Virus record (IMG/VR): IMGVR_UViG_3300036861_000632 | Coordinates: 29,587-93,586 of that record | Length of the DNA stretch: 64,000 nt | Source of the DNA: a virus | Strand: one strand, 5' to 3' | Shown here: piece after piece, positions 29,821-39,043 of the stretch | How positions within the stretch are numbered: position 1 is the first letter of the stretch | Layout of the letters: each line of letters starts with the position of its first letter | Made by a program: the position numbers and the translations under genes | Notes under the pieces: model-generated | The model's database searches: none | What the model saw: only the letters and a program-made list of their open reading frames with translations | Told to the model about the DNA's origin: nothing

Positions 29821-30446
29821 CTGTCTTCGGGTTCGAGATAGGGAATGCCGACGAGTTCAAAAACATGCCGCTCGGAAACGCTCCGTATCTTCGTCTGCTG
29901 GTCTTTGGGCAGTTCCACGAGGCAGCCGTCGGCTTGGACGGTGTGCGTTACGGTCACACCATCCCCGTTCGCATTCAGCGAGCGCCCGATTTTGTTCGCC
30001 GAGATCGCGAGCTTGCGGTTCATCTCGGCGCTGCCCGTGCGGATGACGAGGGCGTTGAACTTTTTGTCGGCGGTCGTGGCGAACAGGTCCACGGGCATTC
30101 CGGTCGGGACATGGATGGCCAGTTTGTTTTCCGGTCCCCAAGTGAACACGCCGATCTTGCTGGGGCGTTTGGCCAGCGTGCCACCGTCGAGCAATTCCTG
30201 AATCCGCCGTTCGGCCAGATCATCGAATTCGATCTGCTCGAAGGTGCCGAACAATCCGGCCTGCTCTTTCACCTTCTCGGCCAGCTTCGGAATAAAAACG
30301 ATTTCGGCGTCCCCAACCTCCTGCTTGCCGCGACGCAACGAGCCGGCGACGATCAGCCATTCCGTGACTGGCTTGAGCGCGTTGCAGATTTCCTCCGCGA
30401 CCGCCAGCGCGGTTGCCCGAGGCCATTTTTGTTTGGTCTTGTGCAT
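29817..30446 (-). CDS. Minimal family X DNA polymerase (palm + thumb)
   Basis: AGSLRRGKQEVGDAEIV, PVDLF, RTGSAEMN, EPEDR; 209 aa. Confidence 0.85.
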   Translation of the reverse strand: MHKTKQKWPRATALAVAEEICNALKPVTEWLIVAGSLRRGKQEVGDAEIVFIPKLAEKVKEQAGLFGTFEQIEFDDLAERRIQELLDGGTLAKRPSKIGVFTWGPENKLAIHVPTGMPVDLFATTADKKFNALVIRTGSAEMNRKLAISANKIGRSLNANGDGVTVTHTVQADGCLVELPKDQQTKIRSVSERHVFELVGIPYLEPEDR

Positions 30447-30766
30447 TACGAGAGCGCCTTCGATATTTGGGGCGTGAAGCCTCCGAAATGGCCGAACAGT
30501 CGCGCTTTGAATACCTCGGCGAACGGCAGCATGGAGTCGAAGTAAGGATGCCCGGCGGGTGCGAATCGCCAGAGCGAGCACATATCGAAGTGAGACATCT
30601 CGTTGATGCGATTGATGGTTTGTTGCTGCTCCGCCGTGATTGTTTGGGACGTGCTCATGTTTTTCCTTGCCGCCAGTTCGCCCATCGTCGGGCCGTTCTT
30701 CTCGGCGTACAGTCGCGGTGCCCCCGCGCAGAAATTGTAGTGGTCAGGACTCTCAGTGATTGGCAT
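30446..30766 (-). CDS. Hypothetical protein
   Basis: LWRFAPAGHPYF...GGFTPQISK, a recurrent phage pattern; start uncertain. Confidence 0.6.
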   Translation of the reverse strand: MPITESPDHYNFCAGAPRLYAEKNGPTMGELAARKNMSTSQTITAEQQQTINRINEMSHFDMCSLWRFAPAGHPYFDSMLPFAEVFKARLFGHFGGFTPQISKALS

Positions 30767-30775
30767 TGTGGTTCC

Positions 30776-30955
30776 TCAATTCGTCCCGAACATCCGCTTC
30801 AATCCATCGGCCCGCCGGTCAGCGCACCGCCATGCGATGCTCCAGCCAATCGCGGTCAGGATGTAGAACACCGCCGCCCAGTCGTACTGGCACGCGCGGA
30901 TGACGAGGCACGGAAGCAAGAGCAGGATGGTGATGGCAACGGCGAGGGTTTTCAT
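30776..30955 (-). CDS. Small membrane protein
   Basis: Two hydrophobic segments starting MKTLAVAITILLLL. Confidence 0.5.
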   Translation of the reverse strand: MKTLAVAITILLLLPCLVIRACQYDWAAVFYILTAIGWSIAWRCADRRADGLKRMFGTN

Positions 30956-31149
30956 TCCTTGCCTCCGGCCGGAAAGTGCGCTGGCTTGCTGGCAGTAGAT
31001 TCGTCCGGCGCCTTTAATTTGAACTGGTAGCACCAGTCCGTTTTCTTTTTGCCGACCTCGATGGGGTTCAGGCGGCACGCGCCCCGTCCGGTTTTCTTCG
31101 TGAGCGGGCCGGCTTTGAAGCATTGGCAGAGTTCGCAGCGTTCGTTCAT
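30952..31149 (-). CDS. Small Cys-rich protein
   Basis: CELC...GACRLNP...DWCYQF. Confidence 0.6.
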   Translation of the reverse strand: MNERCELCQCFKAGPLTKKTGRGACRLNPIEVGKKKTDWCYQFKLKAPDESTASKPAHFPAGGKE

Positions 31150-31163
31150 GTGGGTTTCGTTTG

Positions 31164-31463
31164 TCAATCCGCAACATGGAAGGAATGGCCGCCGTAGTAG
31201 CCCGAACCGCTCAGGGTATAATCCTTTCCCCCGTGTTGGAATTGCTGCCACCAGTCCCACTGCCAGCCATTCGTCTCGAAGCCTTCACCATTGCCCTCGT
31301 CCGTTTTCTTCTTTTCCGTGCCCTTGATGGTCAGCACGGCGTCGATGATCGCCCCGGCCGGATGATGCAGCGTCTTGTCTTCCCACGGCACGCCCGTTTC
31401 AAGAACGCGATTGATGTTGGACAGCAGCGCGGCCAATTCTTCCTGATTGAGTTCTAATTTCAT
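31164..31463 (-). CDS. Hypothetical protein
   Basis: ATG at 31463 overlaps the MazG-like stop; FETNGWQWDWW. Confidence 0.6.
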   Translation of the reverse strand: MKLELNQEELAALLSNINRVLETGVPWEDKTLHHPAGAIIDAVLTIKGTEKKKTDEGNGEGFETNGWQWDWWQQFQHGGKDYTLSGSGYYGGHSFHVAD

Positions 31464-32245
31464 ATTGTGTTGAGTTCGGAGACTTTGATCGGCACGCGGC
31501 GGATTTCGCAATTCATGCCTTGAGCGAATTCTTCGACATGGCAGAGCACCAAGGTTCCGCCCTTGATGTTGAGGCTGATGTAGTCGCTCATCAGGAGGGT
31601 TTCCGGTCCAAGCAAACACCATTCCTGCCCGATCACTCTCACAGTTTCGGACGAGACGGACGAGACGGTTGCCCCACATGGAAGCACCGGGCTGCCGAAG
31701 TCATGCGCTTGAATCTGTCCACCAGATGATTCAAGCACCGCCCGTTCCTTCGCCAGATCGCGCGTATGCGCGAGGGCGGCGTCGAATTTTTCTGGGTATC
31801 TTGCGCGGAGCTTGTTGATGTTGCGCTCCATCTCGGCCGGGAACGTCGTGCCCAGCGCGTCGAACAGCACGGCGAGATACCAGAGCAGATCGCCGGCTTC
31901 TTCCTTGAGGTTGGTTTCGTCGTGGGGTTCAGCGTTGGATGTCACGGGCCAGTCGGCCATCAACGCCTCGCCAAACTCGCCCGCCTCGGTGATGATGCCT
32001 AGCAGTGCGTGAAGGATGCGGACATCGCGGCCGGCGATGTAGAGTGGGTATATTTCCGCGTCGCCGGTAAACAGAAGTGGCTTGCCGTAAAACAGGTGCT
32101 TCTTGATTTGGTCCAGTTTTTTACCGGCGGCGACAAACTCGCCGATCGCCATGAACGCGGCATGGTTTTGTTTTCCATTCAGCCGCACACACTCCGGCCG
32201 GCTCTCCGTCCGCAGGGCGAGGGGTTGGTATTCTTCAGGCGTCAT
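31460..32245 (-). CDS. MazG-like nucleotide pyrophosphohydrolase
   Basis: LGIITEAGE...KEEAGDLLWY...NINKLRARYP. Confidence 0.85.
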   Translation of the reverse strand: MTPEEYQPLALRTESRPECVRLNGKQNHAAFMAIGEFVAAGKKLDQIKKHLFYGKPLLFTGDAEIYPLYIAGRDVRILHALLGIITEAGEFGEALMADWPVTSNAEPHDETNLKEEAGDLLWYLAVLFDALGTTFPAEMERNINKLRARYPEKFDAALAHTRDLAKERAVLESSGGQIQAHDFGSPVLPCGATVSSVSSETVRVIGQEWCLLGPETLLMSDYISLNIKGGTLVLCHVEEFAQGMNCEIRRVPIKVSELNTI

Positions 32246-32819
32246 GGTGCGTCTCTTTCTCCAGCGCCTCATGCGCGGCCAGCACCGCCGCGCGAGCGTC
32301 CTCGGCGTCTTCGAGTGACCAATAGCGCCCGCCCGCATCCTTGCCGCCGTGTGCGATGGATTTTTTCCTGACGATCTCTGCCAGGGCTTCGGCATCTGCG
32401 CGCCAGAGGGCGCGCTCTTTGCGTTTGGCGGCGCGTTGCTCCAGCCGTTCCAGATTATCGACCCGCCGGCCCTCGGTCATCAGCAGCAGTTCGTATTTCA
32501 ATCGCACGATCTCAGCCGCGCGGTCGTCCGCGAGTTTGTGCCAGTCGTCGCGGTCGTGGATTATTCCGTCCTTGGCGGTCAATGAATCAGCGAGCGCACC
32601 GTCGCGCTGCCCGGTCATTTCAGCCAACTCGCGCTCCAGCCGATCGCGTTCCTTCGCCGCACGCTCGATAACCAGCTTCGCTTCGGCGATCCATTCGTTC
32701 GCCTGTTCGAGAGTGCTGGTCGCCGCAATCAGTTCGCACTCAAGCGTGCGGGCCAGATCGGCAACCTCCTGCCATGTGCATTCAGGATTTAACGCATCCG
32801 TGCGCGGCGTATCTCTCAC
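32235..32819 (-). CDS. Coiled-coil hypothetical protein
   Basis: GTG-coupled start, DTPRTDA N-terminal pattern. Confidence 0.65.
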   Translation of the reverse strand: MRDTPRTDALNPECTWQEVADLARTLECELIAATSTLEQANEWIAEAKLVIERAAKERDRLERELAEMTGQRDGALADSLTAKDGIIHDRDDWHKLADDRAAEIVRLKYELLLMTEGRRVDNLERLEQRAAKRKERALWRADAEALAEIVRKKSIAHGGKDAGGRYWSLEDAEDARAAVLAAHEALEKETHHDA

Positions 32820-33610
32820 AAAAACGCCTCCTGTTTCGGAATCCGCAAAATCTTCTCCAGCGCGTGCTTTGTGTTCGCCGGGAAGAACCCCTTGTCCAGC
32901 ATCCAATGTGCGTAGCCCGGATCGCGCACGACGGGCACGCCGCGGTTGCGCTTGGTGTTGAACACCGGCACGCCTTCTTCATTGAGCACGATGATCCCCG
33001 CCAGATCGACGCGGCCGTGATGCCGGTCGTCGCCGATGCTGAACGCCGCGAGGGCATCAAACGTCATCCCGTCCAGTTCCGGGTAGCGCGCCAGTTGCGC
33101 CGCCGCCACGTCAATCGTCGCCGTGACATCCGCCGCCGAGCCGTGCGCGCCCGTGTGTTCGCGGGCGCAGTAAAACTTGAGCGCCGCCGACAGATCGCGG
33201 CGTTCCATCTTTTTGAAGATCGACCCGACATCGAGCAGGCGCACGCCCGTCATATCCCAGCGCAGGCCGGCGCGGTGGAATTCCTCGTACAGCAGGGGCA
33301 CGTCGTAATTGCTGTGATTGTACCCGGCAAGGTCGCATCCGCGCAGGTTCGCCATGATCTCGGCGGCCAGTTCCTTGAACGCCGGTTTGCCCGCCACGTC
33401 CACCTCACTGATGCCGTGAATGGCGGTGCGGCGCAGGGGCGCTCCGGGGTTGAACCACAGCGTTTCGACAATCGGGATTTCCACCGGCGGCGGCGGCAGT
33501 TCGTCCACCTTGCGGATGGACAGCGTGACGATCCGGTCGGTGGTGACATCCGGTTCGTCGGCGCCATCCGTCTCCAGGTCGAGGAAGGCGAGGGGTTTCG
33601 CGAGGGTCAT
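32816..33610 (-). CDS. DEDDh 3'-5' exonuclease (DnaQ-like)
   Basis: FLDLET, AGYNHSNYDV, AHGSAADV. Confidence 0.9.
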   Translation of the reverse strand: MTLAKPLAFLDLETDGADEPDVTTDRIVTLSIRKVDELPPPPVEIPIVETLWFNPGAPLRRTAIHGISEVDVAGKPAFKELAAEIMANLRGCDLAGYNHSNYDVPLLYEEFHRAGLRWDMTGVRLLDVGSIFKKMERRDLSAALKFYCAREHTGAHGSAADVTATIDVAAAQLARYPELDGMTFDALAAFSIGDDRHHGRVDLAGIIVLNEEGVPVFNTKRNRGVPVVRDPGYAHWMLDKGFFPANTKHALEKILRIPKQEAFL

Positions 33611-33876
33611 AATTTTTGTTCCCCCCACCGCAGAAACCTTCCGCGCAGGGCGTTGCGGTTCCAAATATCCGGCTCGTTATCCAGCGCGCACTCGGCCCGC
33701 GCGCAATCCCACGCGACCCGCCGGGTGGACGAAACGAGCGTGTGCCACTTCTTCACCGGGGCGTTGCAGAAAAAAAACAGCGGGTAGCGCAGCGCGTGAG
33801 AGAAATAGTGCCGCCAGAAATTCCAGCCGCGCGTCTGCACGACGGCCAGTTCGGGAAAATGGTTGGGAATCATCAC
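33607..33876 (-). CDS. Hypothetical protein
   Basis: Coupled ORF. Confidence 0.45.
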   Translation of the reverse strand: MMIPNHFPELAVVQTRGWNFWRHYFSHALRYPLFFFCNAPVKKWHTLVSSTRRVAWDCARAECALDNEPDIWNRNALRGRFLRWGEQKL

Positions 33877-34169
33877 TCAATCCTCCAGATGCGGCATTCG
33901 GTTTCCGAGATCGCGCGCACTGTGATCTTCATGCCACAACACCGGGCGGTCGAAGACCATGAATGTTGTTTCTCGCTCGGTATCACGGTTGAATCTCCAA
34001 TGCTCATGCCTGCCAGTATTACGGCAGCCGCGCTCTTTTTTCCGCCCTTCGCCGGAATTGGTATTCCTGATTCTATAAGATGGCCAAGGATTTCAACCCG
34101 TCCATCTGTTGCCTGTGGTTCGCCACCCTTACCGTTTTCGTTTTCCCCTTCGTTTCTTTCAATTGACAT
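33873..34169 (-). CDS. Small DNA-binding-like protein, first gene of the leftward operon
   Basis: IESGIPIP...MSIGDS...RIWRIE, a recurrent phage pattern; ATG at 34169. Confidence 0.6.
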   Translation of the reverse strand: MSIERNEGENENGKGGEPQATDGRVEILGHLIESGIPIPAKGGKKSAAAVILAGMSIGDSTVIPSEKQHSWSSTARCCGMKITVRAISETECRIWRIE

Positions 34170-34799
34170 AAGCGATGCCGCTGTCTGTAATACGGAACCC
34201 TCCAAGTCGTCAACTTTTATTTTTGCAATGGCGAGAAGAGCCGCCGCCTGGATCGGGCCTCCGACCTCCAGCGCGCGTCCGGTTCCATTGAGGAACTGCG
34301 CGAAGAGACGCAGGTTAATATTTCCTCTCCGATTTCGGGTCTGGTTAAACCGCGCCCATCTTAACCAGATCAGAAAACCGGGGGTGTTCTTTAACCGACG
34401 GCGCCGGCCACCCATCCCCGCGGCGATTGCCAGGGCCGGAAGCCGAATCAGCCGGATAGACCGAACCGGACCCGCCGCGCTGTCTCACTTATGAGAACGC
34501 CACGCGACGGTCGAAAGAAATATTTCTCGCAGGCCAATTCTGCCACCCAATAGAGTCAACCACGAGCCGGGTTGAGACTGTCTGTACGCCTTGTCCGTGT
34601 CTCGATTGCCTTGAGCTTGCAAGCCGTCTCGTGCATGGCTTACACACGCCTAGCCTCCTTGCCAGTTTACGGTCGAAACGCTTGAACCCGCCTTACCGCT
34701 TGATTGACTCGTATAAGCCAATTCAAGGATCGCCGAGAGCGACTTGACCCCAAAATCCGTCATTCTGCAATTCTGTATTACGGGCCATTTGACCCTATC

Positions 34800-35102
34800 G
34801 AGGGGCTATCGACACCCTTCCGATCTGGTCCAAAACCCGAAAACCCAAAAACGCGCCAGTTGCCCCAGGAGCGATTTTGATTGCCAAGACCTACCTCGAC
34901 CTACCCCCCTCCCCGTTCAAAACGCCGCCAGCGCCCGGCTGGCGCGTAGCAATGCCCTGGAAAAAACCAGATCCCACTCCAGAAAACCCCAACTTCAAAA
35001 TCGACCTCTCCCTCTCCCTCCCCCCCACACCCCCCCTACTCTTACCCTCTCTGACTCAGGTACTGTTTCTGTTTCTGTACCAAAGGGTGTCGATAGCCCC
35101 TC
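34800..35102. repeat. Perfect 20-bp inverted repeat GAGGGGCTATCGACACCCTT flanking a strand-skewed tract (origin-like)
   Basis: Copies at 34800-34819 and, reverse-complemented, at 35083-35102. An AT-rich tract follows at ~35135-35205. Confidence 0.8.
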
Positions 35103-35579
35103 CCGGCAAAATGGGAAACTGTAGCTCTTGTACAACAAAAAGACATAGAAATAAATATAAATACTTCTGTTTGAAGAAGTAATAGAGGAAATAAAGAAAA
35201 AAGAGCAGAACGGGATGCGCCTACCCACAAGACTGTAAATCGTTGCAGGTCAACGCAAAAACCTCGCCCGGTCAAAAGGAATTAAACACAACATTTATTG
35301 TGTCATGATAATTCGGTCGTCGGTCGGCTCTGTGGCGACCAAAGCAGGCGGTCAAGCCGGGCGACCAAAGGCGGGTAAAGGCGGGTAAAGGGCACGGATC
35401 GGGAGAGGATCAATTTTGGCTTAAGCATTGACTATGCCAGTCGACGAAAGAAACATGGGTTGGATTTGATTCTACCCCTTCCACCTAACATTCAATTCGA
35501 CCGTTCCGCGTGATACCTGTCACACCTTGAGTCATTCTGACACACTGAGACACGAGTGGACTGTTGGTGTCTCACTTGG

Positions 35580-35595
35580 CGTTCCATGTGGAACA
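35580..35595. promoter_or_regulatory. parS-like site CGTTCCATGTGGAACA
   Basis: Close match to the bacterial parS consensus tGTTtCAcGTGAAACa. Confidence 0.65.
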
Positions 35596-35882
35596 ATGGG
35601 TAGGTAGGACACTGAATGTCCTACTGGTCGGACATTGGATGTCCTACCGTGATAGCCTCGCCTAACAATTTTCGCTTCGCCTTTGAGACTGAATCTCAGT
35701 GGGGTATCGGCTTGAGGTTTCGCGCGATCCATGCGAGAAGTAACGCAGAACTGAGCGAGCCGGGCGGGCCTGCGGCGTCCGAATCCTCCAAGCGCGTAGC
35801 CCCGCCCGGATTCGCTCTTCTGCGTCCGGTCGAATTGTCAAAAACCCCAATAAAAGTGGGTCAAAATAAGTGAAGATTTCTC

Positions 35883-35910
35883 TTGCAATACCTAACCGCT
35901 CTGCTATTGT
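35883..35910 (+). promoter_or_regulatory. Sigma70-type early promoter
   Basis: TTGCAA-N16-TATTGT with extended TG, ahead of the first plus-strand gene. Confidence 0.55.
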
Positions 35911-35958
35911 GTGGGTAGTTGAGCGAGGGCCCGTAACCCGGACCAACCAAAAGACAAT

Positions 35959-36285
35959 ATGAAAACTCTCGGACAAAAACTGATGGAAGCCGCGAAAACC
36001 GAAACTGTGAAGCTCACCGACAAATACTGGGGTTCGGAGTTCTTCAAAGCCAGCGACCAAAACACCTACTGGGTGCGTCATCACAAGCAGGGGTTTGGTG
36101 GGATGAAATCGCGCGACGTGCGCGTGCTCGCGAAGGATGTCGCGTCCTGCGACACCACCGAAGAACTCGCTGCGCTGCTCAAGCCGACGAACGACGAAGC
36201 CCCCGGTGATCCGATGCACTACACCCCGCGCGACGTGCAACCCGTGGAACTCACCTGGACACCGACCGAACAAGTCCCCGCATGA
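35959..36285 (+). CDS. Early hypothetical protein
   Basis: First plus-strand ORF after the promoter. Confidence 0.7.
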   Translation: MKTLGQKLMEAAKTETVKLTDKYWGSEFFKASDQNTYWVRHHKQGFGGMKSRDVRVLAKDVASCDTTEELAALLKPTNDEAPGDPMHYTPRDVQPVELTWTPTEQVPA

Positions 36286-36533
36286 AAAATCCAGCCGCTG
36301 TCGCACTTGGACGCCTCGGAGGGAAAGCTACCTCCGAGGCAAAGACGCGGGCCGTCCGCGAAAACGCGAAACTGGGCGGCTGGCCGAAGGGCCGGAAGCG
36401 CAAGAAACCGCGCAAGGCTAGGACGCAGAACAGACATATGACAACAACACAGACAGCAAGCGAGAAGCAATCCAACGGGCCGAAGTTCAGCAATGACGCT
36501 GGGCGGGTGTCCGTGAAAGTAACAGACATATGA
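36282..36533 (+). CDS. Small basic DNA-binding-like protein
   Basis: KNPAAVALGRLGG...ENAKLGGWPK pattern. Confidence 0.75.
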   Translation: MKNPAAVALGRLGGKATSEAKTRAVRENAKLGGWPKGRKRKKPRKARTQNRHMTTTQTASEKQSNGPKFSNDAGRVSVKVTDI

Positions 36534-36555
36534 CAACAACACAGACAGCAAGCGA
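36429..36555 (+). repeat. 35-bp exact direct repeat AACAGACATATGACAACAACACAGACAGCAAGCGA
   Basis: Copies at 36429-36463 and 36521-36555; each spans an ATG. Confidence 0.9.
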
Positions 36556-38167
36556 CGCTCTCATGCGTCAACGCGCGCAGAGCGTCACTGCATCACGTCG
36601 CGTCAAGGCAAGACCGCAGACAGTCCCTACAGGGACTGTCTCTACAGTTCCCGGCGCGACGGTCAAGCCAAAGCCGGTCAAGTTACTAAAGGCCAAGCCG
36701 GCCAAGCCAACGGCGGCAGATCGTGCCGCGCAGTGGCTAATCGACAACCGGATTGTCGGCTCTGCGGTTGCGCAGTTCCAAGACATAACCGGCGGTACTG
36801 GCGGACGGCTCGCGCTCCATTCCAACACTGACGCTGCCACGCTGGCAGGGTTGCATGGTGTTGACGTTCCCGGCGCGTGGACACTGGACGAAGTAGCGGC
36901 TGGCATCTACACCAAGCTCCCGTTTCGCGTTGCCGGCCACGACGAGGCCGGCAAGCCGGAGTTCACAGTACGCGGTGGGGATTCCATTATTCAGTATCGG
37001 CGTGATCGTGCGTCCGGTATGCTTCACCGTCCTGCCACGCTGGGCGAAGACTACGATTCCAAGCGGCTTGTTTCGCTTGGTGTTTCGGAGTCGGCATTGC
37101 AGGCAATGTCCCCGGTGGAATTGACGTTGCTCGCCATTGCGGAGCGTTCGGCCAATTCCGCCGTTCGCCGCGTGGAAGCCGGCCAATTCCGCAAGGGTGC
37201 AAAGGTTGAGACTCTTGGCGTTCGTGATGGGGTTCAAATCGTCAAGACGGCCGCCACTGAGTTTGATTATTCAGACGGCCGGCAGGCAACCGTTTCAGAA
37301 TCGAGCAAAGCAGACGCGATGGGTGATGCACTGGCGGCCGTGATGGACACCTTGAATGAGGTTTACAATCGGGCTGGCGTGAATTGGGATTCTGCCCTTG
37401 CTCGCCTTGCTCCGATGTTTTCGTCGCCAGTGTTCTTCGGCCCGCACTTGGGCGAAGCCTGGGCGGGCCGTGAATCATGGGCCGTTGCCAAACCGGCGTT
37501 GCAATTCCGCATTCGCCGCTGGCTTGGCGCAACCGCGCACCGGGCAGCATTCAACGGCTTGTCACGACTGGCGGGCGGACTGACAGGGCGCAAGGGAGCG
37601 GGCGCACGCATGGCGGCGCGAGTGGAATTGTTTGACGTATCCCGGCACGATTCTACCAGCGAGCAACTTTCGCCCGCTGAGTTGGCGATTGCGGCCGAAG
37701 AACTCCAAGCGGCGATTTTCGGCAACCGTTTGCGTCAACCGGCCAGTGAATCCCGGTTGACGGCAATCCGGCAATCGCCGTTGCCCGTTGGGCGACTCTC
37801 CTCGTCGTGGTCTATGGTTGACGCCTCGCAGTGCTCCCGTTCTGAATCAGAACATGAGCGCAACGCGGTTGCCTCGCGTGGCACCGATGAGCGGACACTG
37901 GCGCGCGGTGTTCTCTTCACTCGCCTTGTCTTGCCGGCCATCAATTCACTTCGGGCGGCCGTTGCGCCAATGGCAGTACGGGACGCGCGACGTGCGCTCC
38001 GGGCGGCCGGCAAGCGGTTTGCCGTTCTCTCGCTTATGCTACGGGGTGAACTGGCCGAGGACGCCTGCGCGCTCGCTGGCGTGGCAGTGGCCAGCGTTGA
38101 ATCGACACTGCGGGACTTCGGGTTCAAAGTGACTTCGCGGCGCGCGGCGACGAGCGCAGTGGCCTAA
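36530..38167 (+). CDS. Large hypothetical protein, possible sigma-factor-like C-terminus
   Basis: 545 aa with atypical codon usage. C-terminal RFAVLSLMLRGELAEDACALAGVAVASV resembles a sigma region 4 HTH. Confidence 0.55.
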   Translation: MTTTQTASDALMRQRAQSVTASRRVKARPQTVPTGTVSTVPGATVKPKPVKLLKAKPAKPTAADRAAQWLIDNRIVGSAVAQFQDITGGTGGRLALHSNTDAATLAGLHGVDVPGAWTLDEVAAGIYTKLPFRVAGHDEAGKPEFTVRGGDSIIQYRRDRASGMLHRPATLGEDYDSKRLVSLGVSESALQAMSPVELTLLAIAERSANSAVRRVEAGQFRKGAKVETLGVRDGVQIVKTAATEFDYSDGRQATVSESSKADAMGDALAAVMDTLNEVYNRAGVNWDSALARLAPMFSSPVFFGPHLGEAWAGRESWAVAKPALQFRIRRWLGATAHRAAFNGLSRLAGGLTGRKGAGARMAARVELFDVSRHDSTSEQLSPAELAIAAEELQAAIFGNRLRQPASESRLTAIRQSPLPVGRLSSSWSMVDASQCSRSESEHERNAVASRGTDERTLARGVLFTRLVLPAINSLRAAVAPMAVRDARRALRAAGKRFAVLSLMLRGELAEDACALAGVAVASVESTLRDFGFKVTSRRAATSAVA

Positions 38168-38186
38168 GCTGCCCCTTCCCATCCTG

Positions 38187-38215
38187 CCCGGTGGCATTGA
38201 CGCCACCGGGTTTTT
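38187..38215 (+). terminator. Rho-independent terminator
   Basis: CCCGGTGGC-attgac-GCCACCGGG followed by TTTTT. Confidence 0.85.
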
Positions 38216-38498
38216 GCTGCCCGGTTGCAGCGGGCGGATTCTTCGCGCGTGCAACCGGGCTATTACTCTTGGAAGCGGTTGCGCGGTTGCAATCGCGCCG
38301 TGCGATGCAATGTCGCGCGGTTGGCAGTCGCGCCATGCGATTGCCGGTTTGAGTTTCGCGTCAAGGTGCGCGAGAGATCAGGTTGACGTGAGCGATCGGC
38401 GCCGTCGCCCTGGCGGTCCTCGGGTACGTCCATATTGGGATCTGTGAAGATTGCCCGGAAATTGTTGGCGCGTGCATCGGGGCTTTATAGAGTGAAGG

Positions 38499-38732
38499 GT
38501 GAAGTTGAGAATGCGCGGAGTTCCGCGCGGAAAGGCGAAAGTGAAAATCAAAATTCGTTGGTACAACGGCGACGGTTCTGACGGAGGAACCGAGCGAACC
38601 ACGCTCGAAGAAATTTCGACGCGGATGGCGAACGAAACCAAGACGCACACGGGCCAGCCCGGAGACAAGCTGGTGGCTATCTGGCGTCATGGCGGCACGG
38701 GTGAAGTAGCGCGGTGCTACACGCTTGAATGA
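38499..38732 (+). CDS. Hypothetical protein
   Basis: ORF after TTGGCG-N17-TAGAGT; start uncertain. Confidence 0.5.
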   Translation: MKLRMRGVPRGKAKVKIKIRWYNGDGSDGGTERTTLEEISTRMANETKTHTGQPGDKLVAIWRHGGTGEVARCYTLE

Positions 38733-38823
38733 AGCGCCGAAAGCGGGCTGAGTTCGCTGGATCTTAACTGGTAAGAAGTGTTTACCAGTTGGTCCGGCGA
38801 ACTCACTCCGTCGGAGTGAGATT

Positions 38824-39039
38824 ATGATTTCCAAAACTGCCAGTCTGAATGACGTGGAGCGAATGTATCGCAACGGCACGGCCAGCGTTCAAGAGGTGAC
38901 GGAGTACCTCCGCGCTTGGAATGCCGGGCCGCACTTCACGCAAGCCGTCCTTTCTGACGGTGCCATCCGAAACTTTGACCCGGAAAAGTCGGGCGTGTTT
39001 TATCGGCACCTGAAGGACGAATTCGGATTGCGACTCTGA
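38824..39039 (+). CDS. Hypothetical protein
   Basis: ORF between hairpin spacers. Confidence 0.65.
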   Translation: MISKTASLNDVERMYRNGTASVQEVTEYLRAWNAGPHFTQAVLSDGAIRNFDPEKSGVFYRHLKDEFGLRL

Positions 39040-39043
39040 TTTT

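Noticed and set aside
35286-35303. Canonical NrdR box
   Set aside because: The palindrome is 18 bp rather than the 16-bp consensus, so it is not called as a feature.
36429-36555. Mini CRISPR array (35-bp repeat, 57-bp spacer)
   Set aside because: Only two copies, non-palindromic, each covering a start codon, and no cas genes. Better explained as a gene-start duplication.
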